NCBI GenBank assembly: GCA_012295275.1
Contig: CM022666.1
Location: forward strand, 10,106,001 to 10,170,000
Length of the DNA: 64,000 nt
Source: Chrysomallon squamiferum
Taxonomy: Eukaryota > Animalia > Mollusca
Direction of reading: 5' to 3'
Shown: in pieces, positions 14,401 to 29,400 of the stretch
Position numbering within the stretch: position 1 is the first letter of the stretch
Layout of the letters: each line of letters begins with the position of its first letter
Notes under the pieces: generated by a model
Seen by the model: the letters and a program-made list of their open reading frames with translations, nothing else
The model's database searches: none
Told to the model about the DNA's origin: nothing
Position numbers and translations under genes: made by a program

Positions 14401-17400
14401 CTTAGGTTACTATTTACTTACTTATTCTCTTCCTTGCTAACTTAGGTCATTAGTTAAGTACTTACTTACATTCTTACTCACATAATTGTAAATGTACTGA
14501 CTTGCATTCTCTCTTACTTAGTTACTTGCTTCCTTGGTTACTTAGGTCATTATTTACGTAATTACTTAATTTATTTATTACTTAGATAATTGTTAATGTA
14601 CTTACTTGCATTCTCACTTACTTTGAAACTTGCATCATTGCTTACTTAGGTCATTATTTACTTACTTACTTAATTTATTTGTTATTTAGATAATTGGTAA
14701 TGTACTTACTTAGGTTACTATTTACTTACTTATTCTCTTCCTTGCTAACTTAGGTCATTAGTTAAGTACTTAGATACATTCTTACTCACATAATTGTTAA
14801 TGTACTGACTTGCATTCTCACTTACTTAGTTACTTGTTTCCTTGCTTACTTATTTACTTAGGTCATTATTTTGTACTTATTTAATGTAAGTACTTAAATT
14901 TATTTATTACTTAGATAATTGTTAACGTACTTACTTTTCTCACTGACTTACTAACTTGCATCCTTGCTTACTTAGGTGATTATTTACGTAATTAATTACG
15001 TTCTTACTTAGATAATTGTTAATGTACAAATTTGCATTTTACCTTAGTTCCTCGCTTCCTTACCAACTTAGATCATTATTTACGTACTTACTTACTTTAT
15101 TTCTTTCTTAGTTAGATAATTGTTAATGTACTTACTTAGGTTACTATTTACTAACTTACTCGCTTACTTGCTAACCTAGGACATTAGTTAAATACTTACT
15201 TACATTCTTACTCACATAATTGTAAATGTACTGACTTGCATTCTCTCTTACTTAGGTACTTGCTTCCTTGGTTACTTAGGTCATTATTTATTTACTTAAT
15301 TACTTAATTTATTTTGTTTACTTAGATAATTGTTAATTACACTTACTTGCATTTTATTTAAATACTTACTTACATTATTTGTTACACTAATTGAAACTTT
15401 GCATTCTTGCTTACTTAGGTCATTATTTACTTACTTACTTAATTTATTTGTTATTTAGATAATTGGTAATGTACTTACTTAGGTTACTATTTACTTACTT
15501 ATTCTCTTCCTTGCTAACTTAGGTCATTAGTTAAGTACTTAGATACATTCTTACTCACATAATTAAATGTACTGACTTGCATTCTGACTTACTTAGTTAC
15601 AACACTTCCTTCCTTACTTGCTTCCTTATTTACTTAGGTCATTATTTACGATAATTGTAATTTATTTTTGACTTACTTAGATAGGTCATTATTTGTTAAT
15701 GTACTTTATTTGCATTCTCAGATAATTACTAATGTACTTACTTGCATTCTCACTTACTTAGAAACTTGCATCCTTGCTTAGTTAGGTCATTATTTACTTA
15801 CTTACTTAATTTATTTGTTATTTAGATAATTGGTAATGTACTTACTTAGGTTACTATTTACTTACTTATTCTCTTCCTTGCTAACTTAGGTCATTAGTTA
15901 AGTACTTACTTACATTGTTACTCACATAATTGTTAATGTACTGACTTCTATTCTCACTTACTTAGTTACTTGTTTCCTTGCTTACTTAGGTCATTATTTA
16001 GGTAAGTACTAAATTTATTTCTTACTTAGATAATTGTTAACGTACTTACTTGCATTCTCGCTGACTTACTAACTTGCATCCTTGCTTACTTAGGTGATTA
16101 TTTACGTACTTAATTACGTTCTTACTTACATAATTGTTAATGTACAAATTTGCATTTTACCTTAGTTCCTCGCTTCCTTACCAACTTAGATCATTATTTA
16201 CGTTCTTACTTACTTTCTTTCTTAGTTAGATAATTGTTAATGTACTTACTTAGGTTACTATTTACTAACTTACTCGCTTACTTGCTAACCTAGGACATTA
16301 GTTAAATACTTACTTACATTCTTACTCACATAATTGTAAATGTACTGACTTGCATTCTCTTACTTAGTTACTTGCTTCCTTGCTTACTTAGGTCATTATT
16401 TACGTAATTACTTAATTTATTTATTACTTAGATAATTGTTAATGTACTTACTTGCATTCTCACTTACTTAGAAACTTGCATCATTGCTTACTTAGGTCAT
16501 TATTTACTTACTTACTTAATTTATTTGTTATTTAGATAATTGGTAATGTACTTACTTAGGTTACAATTTACTTACTTATTCTCTTCCTTGCTAACTTAGG
16601 TCATTAGTTAAGTACTTAGATACATTCTTACTCACATAATTGTAAATGTACTGACTTGCATTCTCACTTACTTAGTTACTTGCTTCCTTGCTTACTTAGG
16701 TCATTATTTACGTAATTACTTAATTTATTTTGTACTTAGATAATTGTTAATGTACTTACTTGCATTCTCACTTACTTTGAAACTTGCATCCTTGCTTAGT
16801 TAGGTCATTATTTACTTACTTACTTAATTTATTTGTTATTTAGATAATTGGTAATGTACTTACTTAGGTTACTATTTACTTACTTATTCTCTTCCTTGCT
16901 AACTTAGGTCATTAGTTAAGTACTTACTTACATTCTTACTCACATAATTGTTAATGTACTGACTTGCATTCTCACTTACTTAGTTACTTGCTTTCCTTGC
17001 TTACTTAGGTCATTATTTAGGTAATTACTAAATTTATTTCTTACTTAGATAATTGTTAACGTACTTACTTGCATTCTTACTTTGCATTCTCACTGACTTA
17101 GAAACTTGCATCCTTGCTTACTTAGGTCATTATTTACGTAATTAATTACGTTCTTACTTACATAATTGTTAATGTACAAATTGCATTTTACCTTAGTTCC
17201 TTTGATTTTCCTTACCAACTTAGATCATTATTTACTTAATTACTTAATTACTTACTTTGCATTTCTTTCTTAGTTAGATAATTTATTTAATGTACTTACT
17301 TAGGTTACTATTTACTAACTTACTCGCTTACTTGCTAACCTAGGACATTAGTTAAATACTTACTTACATTCTTACTCACATAATTGTAAATGTACTGACT

Positions 17401-20400
17401 TGCATTCTCTCTTACTTAGGTACTTGCTTCCTTGGTTACTTAGGTCATTATTTACGTAATTACTTAATTTATTTATTACTTAGATAATTGTTAATGTACT
17501 TACTTGCATTCTCACTTACTTTGAAACTTGCATCATTGCTTACTTAGGTCATTATTTACTTACTTACTTAATTTATTTGTTATTTAGATAATTGGTAATG
17601 TACTTACTTAGGTTACAATTTACTTACTTATTCTCTTCCTTGCTAACTTAGGTCATTAGTTAAGTACTTAGATACATTCTTACTCACATAATTGTAAATG
17701 TACTGACTTGCATTCTGACTTACTTAGTTACTTGCTTCCTTGCTTACTTAGGTCATTATTTACGTAATTACTTAATTTATTTATTACTTAGATAATTGTT
17801 AATGTACTTACTTGCATTCTCACTTACTTTGAAACTTGCATCCTTGCTTAGTTAGGTCATTATTTACTTACTTACTTAATTTATTTGTTATTTAGATAAT
17901 TGGTAATGTACTTACTTAGGTTACTATTTACTTACTTATTCTCTTCCTTGCTAACTTAGGTCATTAGTTAAGTACTTACTTACATTATTACTCACATAAT
18001 TGTTAATGTACTGACTTGCATTCTCACTTACTTAGTTACTTGTTTCCTTGCTTACTTAGGTCATTATTTAGGTAAGTACTAAATTTATTTCTTACTTAGA
18101 TAATTGTTAACGTACTTACTTGCATTCTCGCTGACTTACTAACTTGCATCCTTGCTTACTTAGGTGATTATTTACGTACTTAATTACGTTCTTACTTACA
18201 TAATTGTTAATGTACAAATTTGCATTTTACCTTAGTTCCTCGCTTCCTTACCAACTTAGATCATTATTTACGTACTTACTTACTTTCTTTCTTAGTTAGA
18301 TAATTGTTAATGTACTTACTTAGGTTACTATTTACTAACTTACTCGCTTACTTGCTAACCTAGGACATTAGTTAAATACTTACTTACATTCTTACTCACA
18401 TAATTGTAAATGTACTGACTTGCATTCTCTCTTACTTAGGTACTTGCTTCCTTGGTTACTTAGGTCATTATTTACGTAATTACTTAATTTATTTATTACT
18501 TAGATAATTGTTAATGTACTTACTTGCATTCTCACTTACTTTGAAACTTGCATCATTGCTTACTTAGGTCATTATTTACTTACTTACTTAATTTATTTGT
18601 TATTTAGATAATTGGTAATGTACTTACTTAGGTTACAATTTACTTACTTATTCTCTTCCTTGCTAACTTAGGTCATTAGTTAAGTACTTAGATACATTCT
18701 TACTCACATAATTGTAAAGGTACTGACTTGCATTCTGACTTACTTAGTTACTTGCTTCCTTGCTTACTTAGGTCATTATTTACGTAATTACTTAATTTAT
18801 TTTGTACTTAGATAATTGTTAATGTACTTACTTGCATTCTCACTTACTTTGAAACTTGCATCCTTGCTTAGTTAGGTCATTATTTACTTACTTACTTAAT
18901 TTATTTGTTATTTAGATAATTGGTAATGTACTTACTTAGGTTACAATTTACTTACTTATTCTCTTCCTTGCTAACTTAGGTCATTAGTTAAGTACTTACT
19001 TACATTCTTACTCACATAATTGTTAATGTACTGACTTCATTCTTCTCACTTACTTAGTTACTTGTTTCCTTGCTTACTTAGGTCATTATTTAGGTAAGTA
19101 CTAAATTTATTTCTTACTTAGATAATTGTTAACGTACTTACTTGCATTCTCGCTGACTTACTAACTTGCATCCTTGCTTACTTAGGTGATTATTTACGTA
19201 ATTAATTACGTTCTTACTTAGATAATTGTTAATGTACAAATTTGCATTTTACCTTAGTTCCTCGCTTCCTTACCAACTTAGATCATTATTTACGTACTTA
19301 CTTACTTTCTTTCTTAGTTAGATAATTGTTAATGTACTTACTTAGGTTACTATTTACTAACTTACTCGCTTACTTGCTAACCTAGGACATTAGTTAAATA
19401 CTTACTTACATTCTTACTCACATAATTGTAAATGTACTGACTTGCATTCTCTCTTACTTAGGTACTTGCTTCCTTGGTTACTTAGGTCATTATTTACGTA
19501 ATTACTTAATTTATTTATTACTTAGATAATTGTTAATGTACTTACTTGCATTCTCACTTACTTTGAAACTTGCATCATTGCTTACTTAGGTCATTATTTA
19601 CTTACTTACTTAATTTATTTGTTATTTAGATAATTGTTAATGTACTTACTTAGGTTACTTTTACTTACTTTTCTTTTTATTTAGGTCATTATTAAGTACT
19701 TAATACATTCTTACTCACATAATTGTAAATGTACTTTGTTCTTTAACTTGCTTCCTTGCTTACTTACAATTTTTAGATAATTTTTTATTGACTTACTTAT
19801 TTATTCTTGCTTCTTTGCTTACTACTTAGGTCATTAGTTAAGGGTCATTAATTAGATACATTTGTTACTCACATAATTGTAAAGGTACTGACTTGCATTC
19901 TGACTTACTTAGTTACTTGCTTCCTTGCTTACTTAGGTCATTATTTACGTAATTACTTAATTTATTTATTACTTAGATAATTGTTAATGTACTTACTTGC
20001 ATTTACATTCTCACTTACTTTGAAACTTGCATCCTTGCTTACTTAGGTCATTATTTACTTACTTACTTAATTTATTTGTTATTTAGATAATTGGTAATGT
20101 ACTTACTTAGGTTACTATTTACTTACTTATTCTCTTCCTTGCTAACTTAGGTCATTAGTTAAGTACTTACTTACATTCTTACTCACATAATTGTTAATGT
20201 ACTGACTTGCATTCTCACTTACTTAGTTACTTGCTTCCTTGCTTACTTAGGTCATTATTTACGTAATTACTTAATTTATTTTCTTACTTAGATAATTGTT
20301 AACTTCCTACTTAGATCATTAATTTACTTATTCTTATTCTCTTCTTACTTAGAAACTTGCATCCTTGCTTACTTAGGTTAGGTCATTATTTACGTAATTA

Positions 20401-23400
20401 CTTAATTTATTTGTTACTTAGATAATTTCTTAATGTACAATAATTGTTAATTTTACTTTTGCTTTCTCCTTGCTTCCTTGCTTTACTTAGGTCATTATTT
20501 ACGTACTTACTTAATTTATTTATTTATTTAGATAATTGTTAATGTACTTACTTAGGTTACTATTTACTTACTTACTTCTCTTCCTTGCTTACTTAGGTCA
20601 TTAGTTAAATTACTTACTTACATTATTTACTTCATAAATTGTTAATGTACTGACTTGCATTCTCTACTTACTTAGTTACTTGCTTCCTTGCTTACTTAGG
20701 TCATTATTTACGTAATTACTTTAATTTATTTACATTTTACTTAGATAATTGTTAATGTACTTACTTGCATTCTCACTTACTTACTTACTTGCATCCTTGC
20801 TTACTTAGGTCATTATTTACGTAATTTAATTTACGTTCTTACTTACTTAGATAATTGTTAATGTACAAATTTGCATTTTACTTTGCATTCTCACTTAGTT
20901 CCTTCTGCTTCCTTGCTTACTTAGGTCATTATTTACGTAAGTTACTTAATTTATTTCTTAGTTAGATAATTGTTAATGTACTTACTTAGGTTACTATTTA
21001 CTTACTTATCCTCTTCTTGCCTTAGGTTTATTTACGTACTTAGGACATTATTAAATAAATAATTACTTATTTCTTACTTTTGCATTTTATTGTTAATGTA
21101 CTGACTTAGATCATTCTTTACTTACTTAGTTACTTGCTTCTTAGTTAGATTAATGTTTACTTAGGTCATTATTTACGTAATTACTTAATTTATTTTTAGG
21201 ACTTAGATAATTGTTAATTGTTAACATAATTGTAAATGTACTGACTTGCATTCTCTCTTACTTAGTTACTTGCTTCCTTGGCTTACTTAGGTCATTATTT
21301 ACGTAATTACTTAATTTATTTATTACTTAGATAATTGTTAATGTACTTACTTGCATTCTCACTTACTTTGAAACTTGCATCATTACTTACTTAGGTCATT
21401 ATTTACTTACTTACTTAATTTATTTGTTATTTAGATAATTGGTAATGTACTTACTTAGGTTACAATTTACTTACTTATTCTCTTCCTTGCTAACTTAGGT
21501 CATTAGTTAAGTACTTAGATACATTCTTACTCACATAATTGTAAAGGTACTGACTTGCATTCTGACTTACTTAGTTACTTGCTTCCTTGCTTACTTAGGT
21601 CATTATTTACGTAATTACTTAATTTATTTATTACTTAGATAATTGTTAATGTACTTACTTGCATTCTCACTTACTTTGAAACTTGCATCCTTGCTTAGTT
21701 AGGTCATTATTTACTTACTTACTTAATTTATTTGTTATTTAGATAATTGGTAATGTTTAGATACTTTACTTATTACTATTTACTTACTTATTTATTATTT
21801 ATTCTTTGCTAACTTAGGTTAATTTGTTTGCCTTGCTAACTTAGGTCATTAGTTAAGTACTTACTTACATTATTACTCACATAATTGTTAATGTACTGAC
21901 TTCTATTCTCACTTACTTAGTTACTTGTTTCCTTGCTTACTTAGGTCATTATTTAGGTAAGTACTAAATTTATTTCTTACTTAGATAATTGTTAACGTAC
22001 TTACTTGCATTCTCGCTGACTTACTAACTTGCATCCTTGCTTACTTAGGTGATTATTTACGTAATTAATTACGTTCTTACTTACATAATTGTTAATGTAC
22101 AAATTTGCATTTTACCTTAGTTCCTCGCTTCCTTACCAACTTAGATCATTATTTACGTACTTACTTACTTTCTTTCTTAGTTAGATAATTGTTAATGTAC
22201 TTACTTAGGTTACTATTTACTAACTTACTCGCTTACTTGCTAACCTAGGACATTAGTTAAATACTTACTTACATTCTTACTCACATAATTGTAAATGTAC
22301 TGACTTGCATTCTCTCTTACTTAGGTACTTGCTTCCTTGGTTACTTAGGTCATTATTTACGTAATTACTTAATTTATTTATTACTTAGATAATTGTTAAT
22401 GTACTTACTTGCATTCTCACTTACTTAGAAACTTGCATCATTGCTTACTTAGGTCATTATTTACTTACTTACTTAATTTATTTGTTATTTAGATAATTGG
22501 TAATGTACTTACTTAGGTTACAATTTACTTACTTATTCTCTTCCTTGCTAACTTAGGTCATTAGTTAAGTACTTAGATACATTCTTACTCACATAATTGT
22601 AAAGGTACTGACTTGCATTCTGACTTACTTAGTTACTTGCTTCCTTGCTTACTTAGGTCATTATTTACGTAATTACTTAATTTATTTTTTACTTAGATAA
22701 TTGTTAATGTACTTACTTGCATTCTCACTTACTTTGAAACTTGCATCCTTGCTTAGTTAGGTCATTATTTACTTACTTACTTAATTTATTTGTTATTTAG
22801 ATAATTGGTAATGTACTTACTTAGGTTACTATTTACTTACTTATTCTCTTCCTTGCTAACTTAGGTCATTAGTTAAGTACTTACTTACATTATTACTCAC
22901 ATAATTGTTAATGTACTGACTTCTATTCTCACTTACTTAGTTACTTGTTTCCTTGCTTACTTAGGTCATTATTTAGGTAAGTACTAAATTTATTTCTTAC
23001 TTAGATAATTGTTAACGTACTTACTTGCATTCTCGCTGACTTACTAACTTGCATCCTTGCTTACTTAGGTGATTATTTACGTACTTAATTACGTTCTTAC
23101 TTACATAATTGTTAATGTACAAATTTGCATTTTACCTTAGTTCCTCGCTTCCTTACCAACTTAGATCATTATTTACGTACTTACTTACTTTCTTTCTTAG
23201 TTAGATAATTGTTAATGTACTTACTTAGGTTACTATTTACTAACTTACTCGCTTGCTAACCCTAGGACATTAGTTAAATACTTACTTACATTCTTACTCA
23301 CATAATTGTAAATGTACTGACTTGCATTCTCTCTTACTTAGGTACTTGCTTCCTTGGTTACTTAGGTCATTATTTACGTAATTACTTAATTTATTTATTA

Positions 23401-26400
23401 CTTAGATAATTGTTAATGTACTTACTTGCATTCTCACTTACTTAGAAACTTGCATCATTGCTTACTTAGGTCATTATTTACTTACTTACTTAATTTATTT
23501 GTTATTTAGATAATTGGTAATGTACTTACTTAGGTTACAATTTACTTACTTATTCTCTTCCTTGCTAACTTAGGTCATTAGTTAAGTACTTAGATACATT
23601 CTTACTCACATAATTGTAAATGTACTGACTTGCATTCTGACTTACTTAGTTACTTGCTTCCTTGCTTTACTTAGGTCTTGCTTATTTACTTAATTACTTA
23701 TTTTACGTAATTACTTTTTTTTGTACTTAGATAATTGTTAATGTACTTACTTGCATTCTCACTTACTTACTTAACTTGCATCCTTTGAAACTTGCATCCT
23801 TATTTTACTTAGGTTATTATTTAATTGTTAATGTACTTACTTTATTTATTTGTTATTTATTTTGAATTGGGTCATTATTTACTTTACTTAATTTATTTGT
23901 TATTTAGATAATTGGTAATGTACTTACTTAGGTTACTATTTACTTACTTATTCTCTTCCTTGCTAACTTAGGTCATTAGTTAAGTACTTACTTACATTAT
24001 TACTCACATAATTGTTAATGTACTTGACTTGCATTCTCTCTTACTTACTTAGTTACTTTCTTTCCTTCTTTTTATTACTTAGGTCATTATTTAGGTAAGT
24101 ACTAAATTTATTTCTTACTTAGATAATTGTTAACGTACTTACTTACATTCTCGCTGACTTACTAACTTGCATCCTTGCTTTGCTTCCTTGCTTACTTAGG
24201 TGATTATTTACGTTATTACGTAATAATTACGTTCTTACTTTGTTAATAATTGTTAATGTACAAATTTGCATTTTACCTTAGTTCCTCGCTTCCTTACCAA
24301 CTTAGATCATTATTTACGTTCTTACTTACTTTTTTTCTTAGTTAGATAATTGTTAATGTACTTACTTAGGTTACTTTATTTACTTTACTATTTACTTACT
24401 TACTTATTTACTTACTTACTTGCTAACCTAGGACATTAGTTAAATACTTACTTACATTCTTACTCACATAATTGTAAATGTACTGACTTGCATTCTCTCT
24501 TACTTAGGTACTTGCTTCCTTGGTTACTTAGGTCATTATTTACGTAATTACTTAATTTATTTATTACTTAGATAATTGTTAATGATATAATTTTTCTCAC
24601 TTACTTAATTTTAATGAAACTTGCATCATTGCTTACTTAGGTCATTATTTACTTACTTACTTAATTTATTTGTTATTTAGATAATTGGTAATGTACTTAC
24701 TTAGGTTACAATTTACTTACTTATTCTCTTCCTTGCTAACTTAGGTCATTAGTTAAGTACTTAGATACATTCTTACTCACATAATTGTAAAGGTACTGAC
24801 TTGCATTCTGACTTACTTAGTTACTTGCTTCCTTGCTTACTTAGGTCATTATTTACGTAATTACTTAATTTATTTAATTTTATTTTTATTATTTTAGATA
24901 ATTGTTAATTTATTACTTACTTAATTAGCATTATTGTACTTACTTTTACTTACTTTGAAACTTGCATCCTTTGTTTAGTTAGGTCCTTGCTTATTTACAT
25001 TATTTACTTAATTTAATTTATTTTGTTTTAGATAATTGGTAATGTACTTACTTAGGTTACTATTTACTTACTTATTCTCTTCCTTGCTAACTTAGGTCAT
25101 TAGTTAAGTACTTACTTACATTATTACTCACATAATTGTTAATGTACTGACTTCTATTCTCACTTACTTAGTTACTTGTTTCCTTGCTTACTTAGGTCAT
25201 TATTTAGGTAAGTACTAAATTTATTTCTTACTTAGATAATTGTTAACGTACTTACTTGCATTCTCGCTGACTTACTAACTTGCATCCTTGCTTACTTAGG
25301 TGATTATTTACGTACTTAATTACGTTCTTACTTACATAATTGTTAATGTACAAATTTGCATTTTACCTTAGTTCCTCGCTTCCTTACCAACTTAGATCAT
25401 TATTTACGTACTTACTTACTTTCTTTCTTAGTTAGATAATTGTTAATGTACTTACTTAGGTTACTATTTACTAACTTACTCGCTTACTTGCTAACCTAGG
25501 ACATTAGTTAAATACTTACTTACATTCTTACTCACATAATTGTAAATGTACTGACTTGCATTCTCTCTTACTTAGGTACTTGCTTCCTTGCTTACTTAGG
25601 TCATTATTTACGTAATTACTTAATTTATTTATTACTTAGATAATTGTTAATGTAATTTATTACTTAGATAATTGTTAATGTACTTACTTGCATTCTCACT
25701 TACTTAGAAACTTGCATCATTGCTTACTTAGGTCATTATTTACTTACTTACTTAATTTATTTGTTATTTAGATAATTGGTAATGTACTTACTTAGGTTAC
25801 AATTTACTTACTTATTCTCTTCCTTGCTAACTTAGGTCATTAGTTAAGTACTTAGATACATTCTTACTCACATAATTGTAAAGGTACTGACTTGCATTCT
25901 GACTTACTTAGTTACTTGCTTCCTTGCTTACTTAGGTCATTATTTACGTAATTACTTAATTTATTTATTACTTAGATAATTGTTAATGTACTTACTTGCA
26001 TTCTCACTTACTTTGAAACTTGCATCCTTGCTTAGTTAGGTCATTATTTACTTACTTACTTAATTTATTTGTTATTTAGATAATTGGTAATGATACTTAT
26101 TTTATTTAGGTTAATTATTTACTACTTACTTAGGTTATTCTCTTTACTTACTTAACTTAGGTCATTAGGTCATTAGTTAAGTACTTACTTACATTATTAC
26201 TCACATAATTGTTAATGTACTGACTTCTATTCTCACTTACTTAGTTACTTGTTTCCTTGCTTACTTAGGTCATTATTTAGGTAAGTACTAAATTTATTTC
26301 TTACTTAGATAATTGTTAACGTACTTACTTGCATTCTCGCTGACTTACTAACTTGCATCCTTGCTTACTTAGGTGATTATTTACGTACTTAATTACGTTC

Positions 26401-29400
26401 TTACTTAGATAATTGTTAATGTACAAATTTGCATTTTACCTTAGTTCCTCAATTTTTTACCTTAGATCATTATTTTACGTTACTTACTTACTTTCTTTCT
26501 TAGTTTCTTAATTGTTAATTGTAATTACTTAGGTTACTTAGGTTACTATTTAACTTAACTTTACTTACTAACCTAGGACATTAGTTAAATACTTACTTAC
26601 ATTCTTACTCACATAATTGTAAATGTAAATGTACTTGCATTCTCTCTTGCATTCTTGCTTAGGTTAGGTACTTGCTTCCTTGGTTACTTAGGTCATTATT
26701 TACGTAATTACTTAATTTATTTATTACTTAGATAATTGTTAATGTACTTACTTGCATTCTCACTTACTTTGAAACTTGCATCCTTGCTTAGTTAGGTCAT
26801 TATTTACTTACTTACTTTATTTATTTATTTATTTATTTTTTTTTTATTTGTTATTTAGATAATTGGTAATGTACTTACTTAGGTTACAATTTACTTACTT
26901 ATTCTCTTCCTTGCTAACTTAGGTCATTAGTTAAGTACTTAGATACATTCTTACTCACATAATTGTAAAGGTACTGACTTGCATTCTGACTTACTTAGTT
27001 ACTTGCTTCCTTGCTTACTTAGGTCATTATTTACGTAATTACTTAATTTATTTATTACTTAGATAATTGTTAATGTACTTTACTTAATTGCATTCTCATT
27101 CTCACTTTTTGAAACTTGCATCCTTGCTTTGCAGTTAGGTCATTATTTACTTACTTTACTTAATTTATTTATTTGTTATTTAGATAATTGGTAATGTACT
27201 TACTTAGGTTACTATTTACTTACTTATTCTCTTCCTTGCTAACTTAGGTCATTAGTTAAGTACTTACTTACATTATTACTCACATAATTGTTAATGTACT
27301 GACTTCTATTCTCACTTACTTAGTTACTTGTTTCCTTGCTTACTTAGGTCATTATTTAGGTAAGTACTAAATTTATTTCTTTACTTAGATAATTGTTAAC
27401 GTTAATTTACTTGCATTCTCTCTCTGACTTACTAACTTGCATCCTTGCTTACTTAGGTGATTATTTACGTAATTAATTACGTTCTTACTTACATAATTGT
27501 TAATACTACAAATTTGCATTTTAATTTTTTTCCTTTTACTTTAGTTCTTTGCCAACTTAGATCATTATTTACATTTACTTTACTTTTTTACTTTCTTTCT
27601 TAGTTAGATAATTGTTAATGTACTTACTTAGGTTACTATTTACTTAACTTACTCGCTTACTTGCTAACCTAGGACATTACATTAGTTAAAATACTTACTT
27701 TACATTCTTACTCACATAATTGTAAATGTACTGACTTGCATTCTCTCTTACTTAGGTACTTGCTTCCTTGGTTACTTAGGTCATTATTTACGTAATTACT
27801 TAATTTATTTATTACTTAGATAATTGTTAATTAATTATATTTGCATTCTCTTACTTTTGCATTTGAAACTTGCATCATTGCTTACTTAGGTCATTATTTA
27901 CTTATTACTTTAATTTATTTTATATTTAGATAATTGGTTATGTACTTACTTAGGTTAGGTTTAATTACTTACTTATTACTTTCTTATTCTATTCTCTTAA
28001 CTTAGGTCATTAGTTAAGTACTTAGATACATTCTTACTCACATAATTGTAAATGTAAAGGTGACTTGCATTCTGACTTACTTAGTTACTTACTTGCTTCC
28101 TTGCTTACTTAGGTCATTATTTACGTAATTACTTAATTTATTTTTACTTAGATAATTGATAATGTACTTAGTATTTGTTGCATTCTCACTTACTTTGAAA
28201 CTTGCATCCTTGCTTAGTTAGGTCATTATTTACTTACTTACTTTAATTTATTTGTTATTTAGATAATTGGTAATGTTTACTTACTTAGGTTTACTTAAGT
28301 TTACTTACTTACATTAATTTAATTAATTAATTCCTTTAACTTACTTAGGTACTTGTTTCATTAGTTAGGTTATTATTTACAATTACTTACTTTATTTCTT
28401 ACTTAGATAATTGTTAATGTACTTACTTGCATTCTCACTTACTTACTTTGCTTTCCTTGCTTACTTAGGTCATTATTTACTTAATTACTTACTTAATTTT
28501 TTTACTTTAGATAATTGTTAATTACTTAATTTATTTCTTTTTTATTAATTACTTCCTTAATTGTTTACATTAGTTATTATTATTTACTTATTATTTTTTT
28601 TATTTTATTACTTAGATAATTGTTAATTATAATTACTTAGGTAATTACTTACTTATTTTGTACTTACTTTTACTTTTTTTACTTTACTTTACTTACTTAA
28701 CTTATTTTTGGTCATTAGTTAAATACTTAATTACTTTCTTACTTATTTGTTAATTGTAAATTACTGTTGCTTTTTACTTTACTTACTTACTTTTACTACT
28801 TAATTTACATTATTATTTACTTAATTACTTATTTATTTATTTACTTATAATTTAATTTATTTAATTACTTAATTTATTTTACTTGTTTAATTAGATTATT
28901 ACTTACTTACTTACTTTATTTACTTTGCTTCCTTATTATTATTTTATTTACTTATTTATTCTTTTTTTTATTTATTTACTTAATTTTAATTATTTTAATT
29001 ATTTTACTTATTTACTTTTAAACTTTCCTTTACTTAACTTAGGTCATTATTTACTTACTTACTTAATTTATTTGTTATTTAGATAATTGTTAATGTACTT
29101 ACTTAGGTTACTATTTACTTACTTACTTTTCTTTGCTAACTTAGGTCATTAGTTAAATACTTACTTACATTCTTACCATAATTGTAAATGTACTGACTTG
29201 CATTCTCTCTTACTTAGGTACTTGCTTCCTTGGTTACTTAGGTCATTATTTACGTAATTACTTAATTTATTTATTATTAGATAATTGTTAATGTACTTAC
29301 TTGCATTCTTCTTACTTACTTTTTTTGCATCATTGCTTACTTAGGTCATTATTTACTTACTTACTTACTTTTTATTTTTATTTAGATAATTGGTAATGTA

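Noticed and set aside
17452-17459. TTACGTAA as a PAR-bZIP/NFIL3-type binding site array
   Set aside because: Arises simply from TTAC abutting GTAA. No independent evidence of regulatory function.
17380-18399. CENP-B box or primate alpha-satellite identity
   Set aside because: No TTCG....A..CGGG motif seen, and the monomer is 100/104 bp, not 171 bp.
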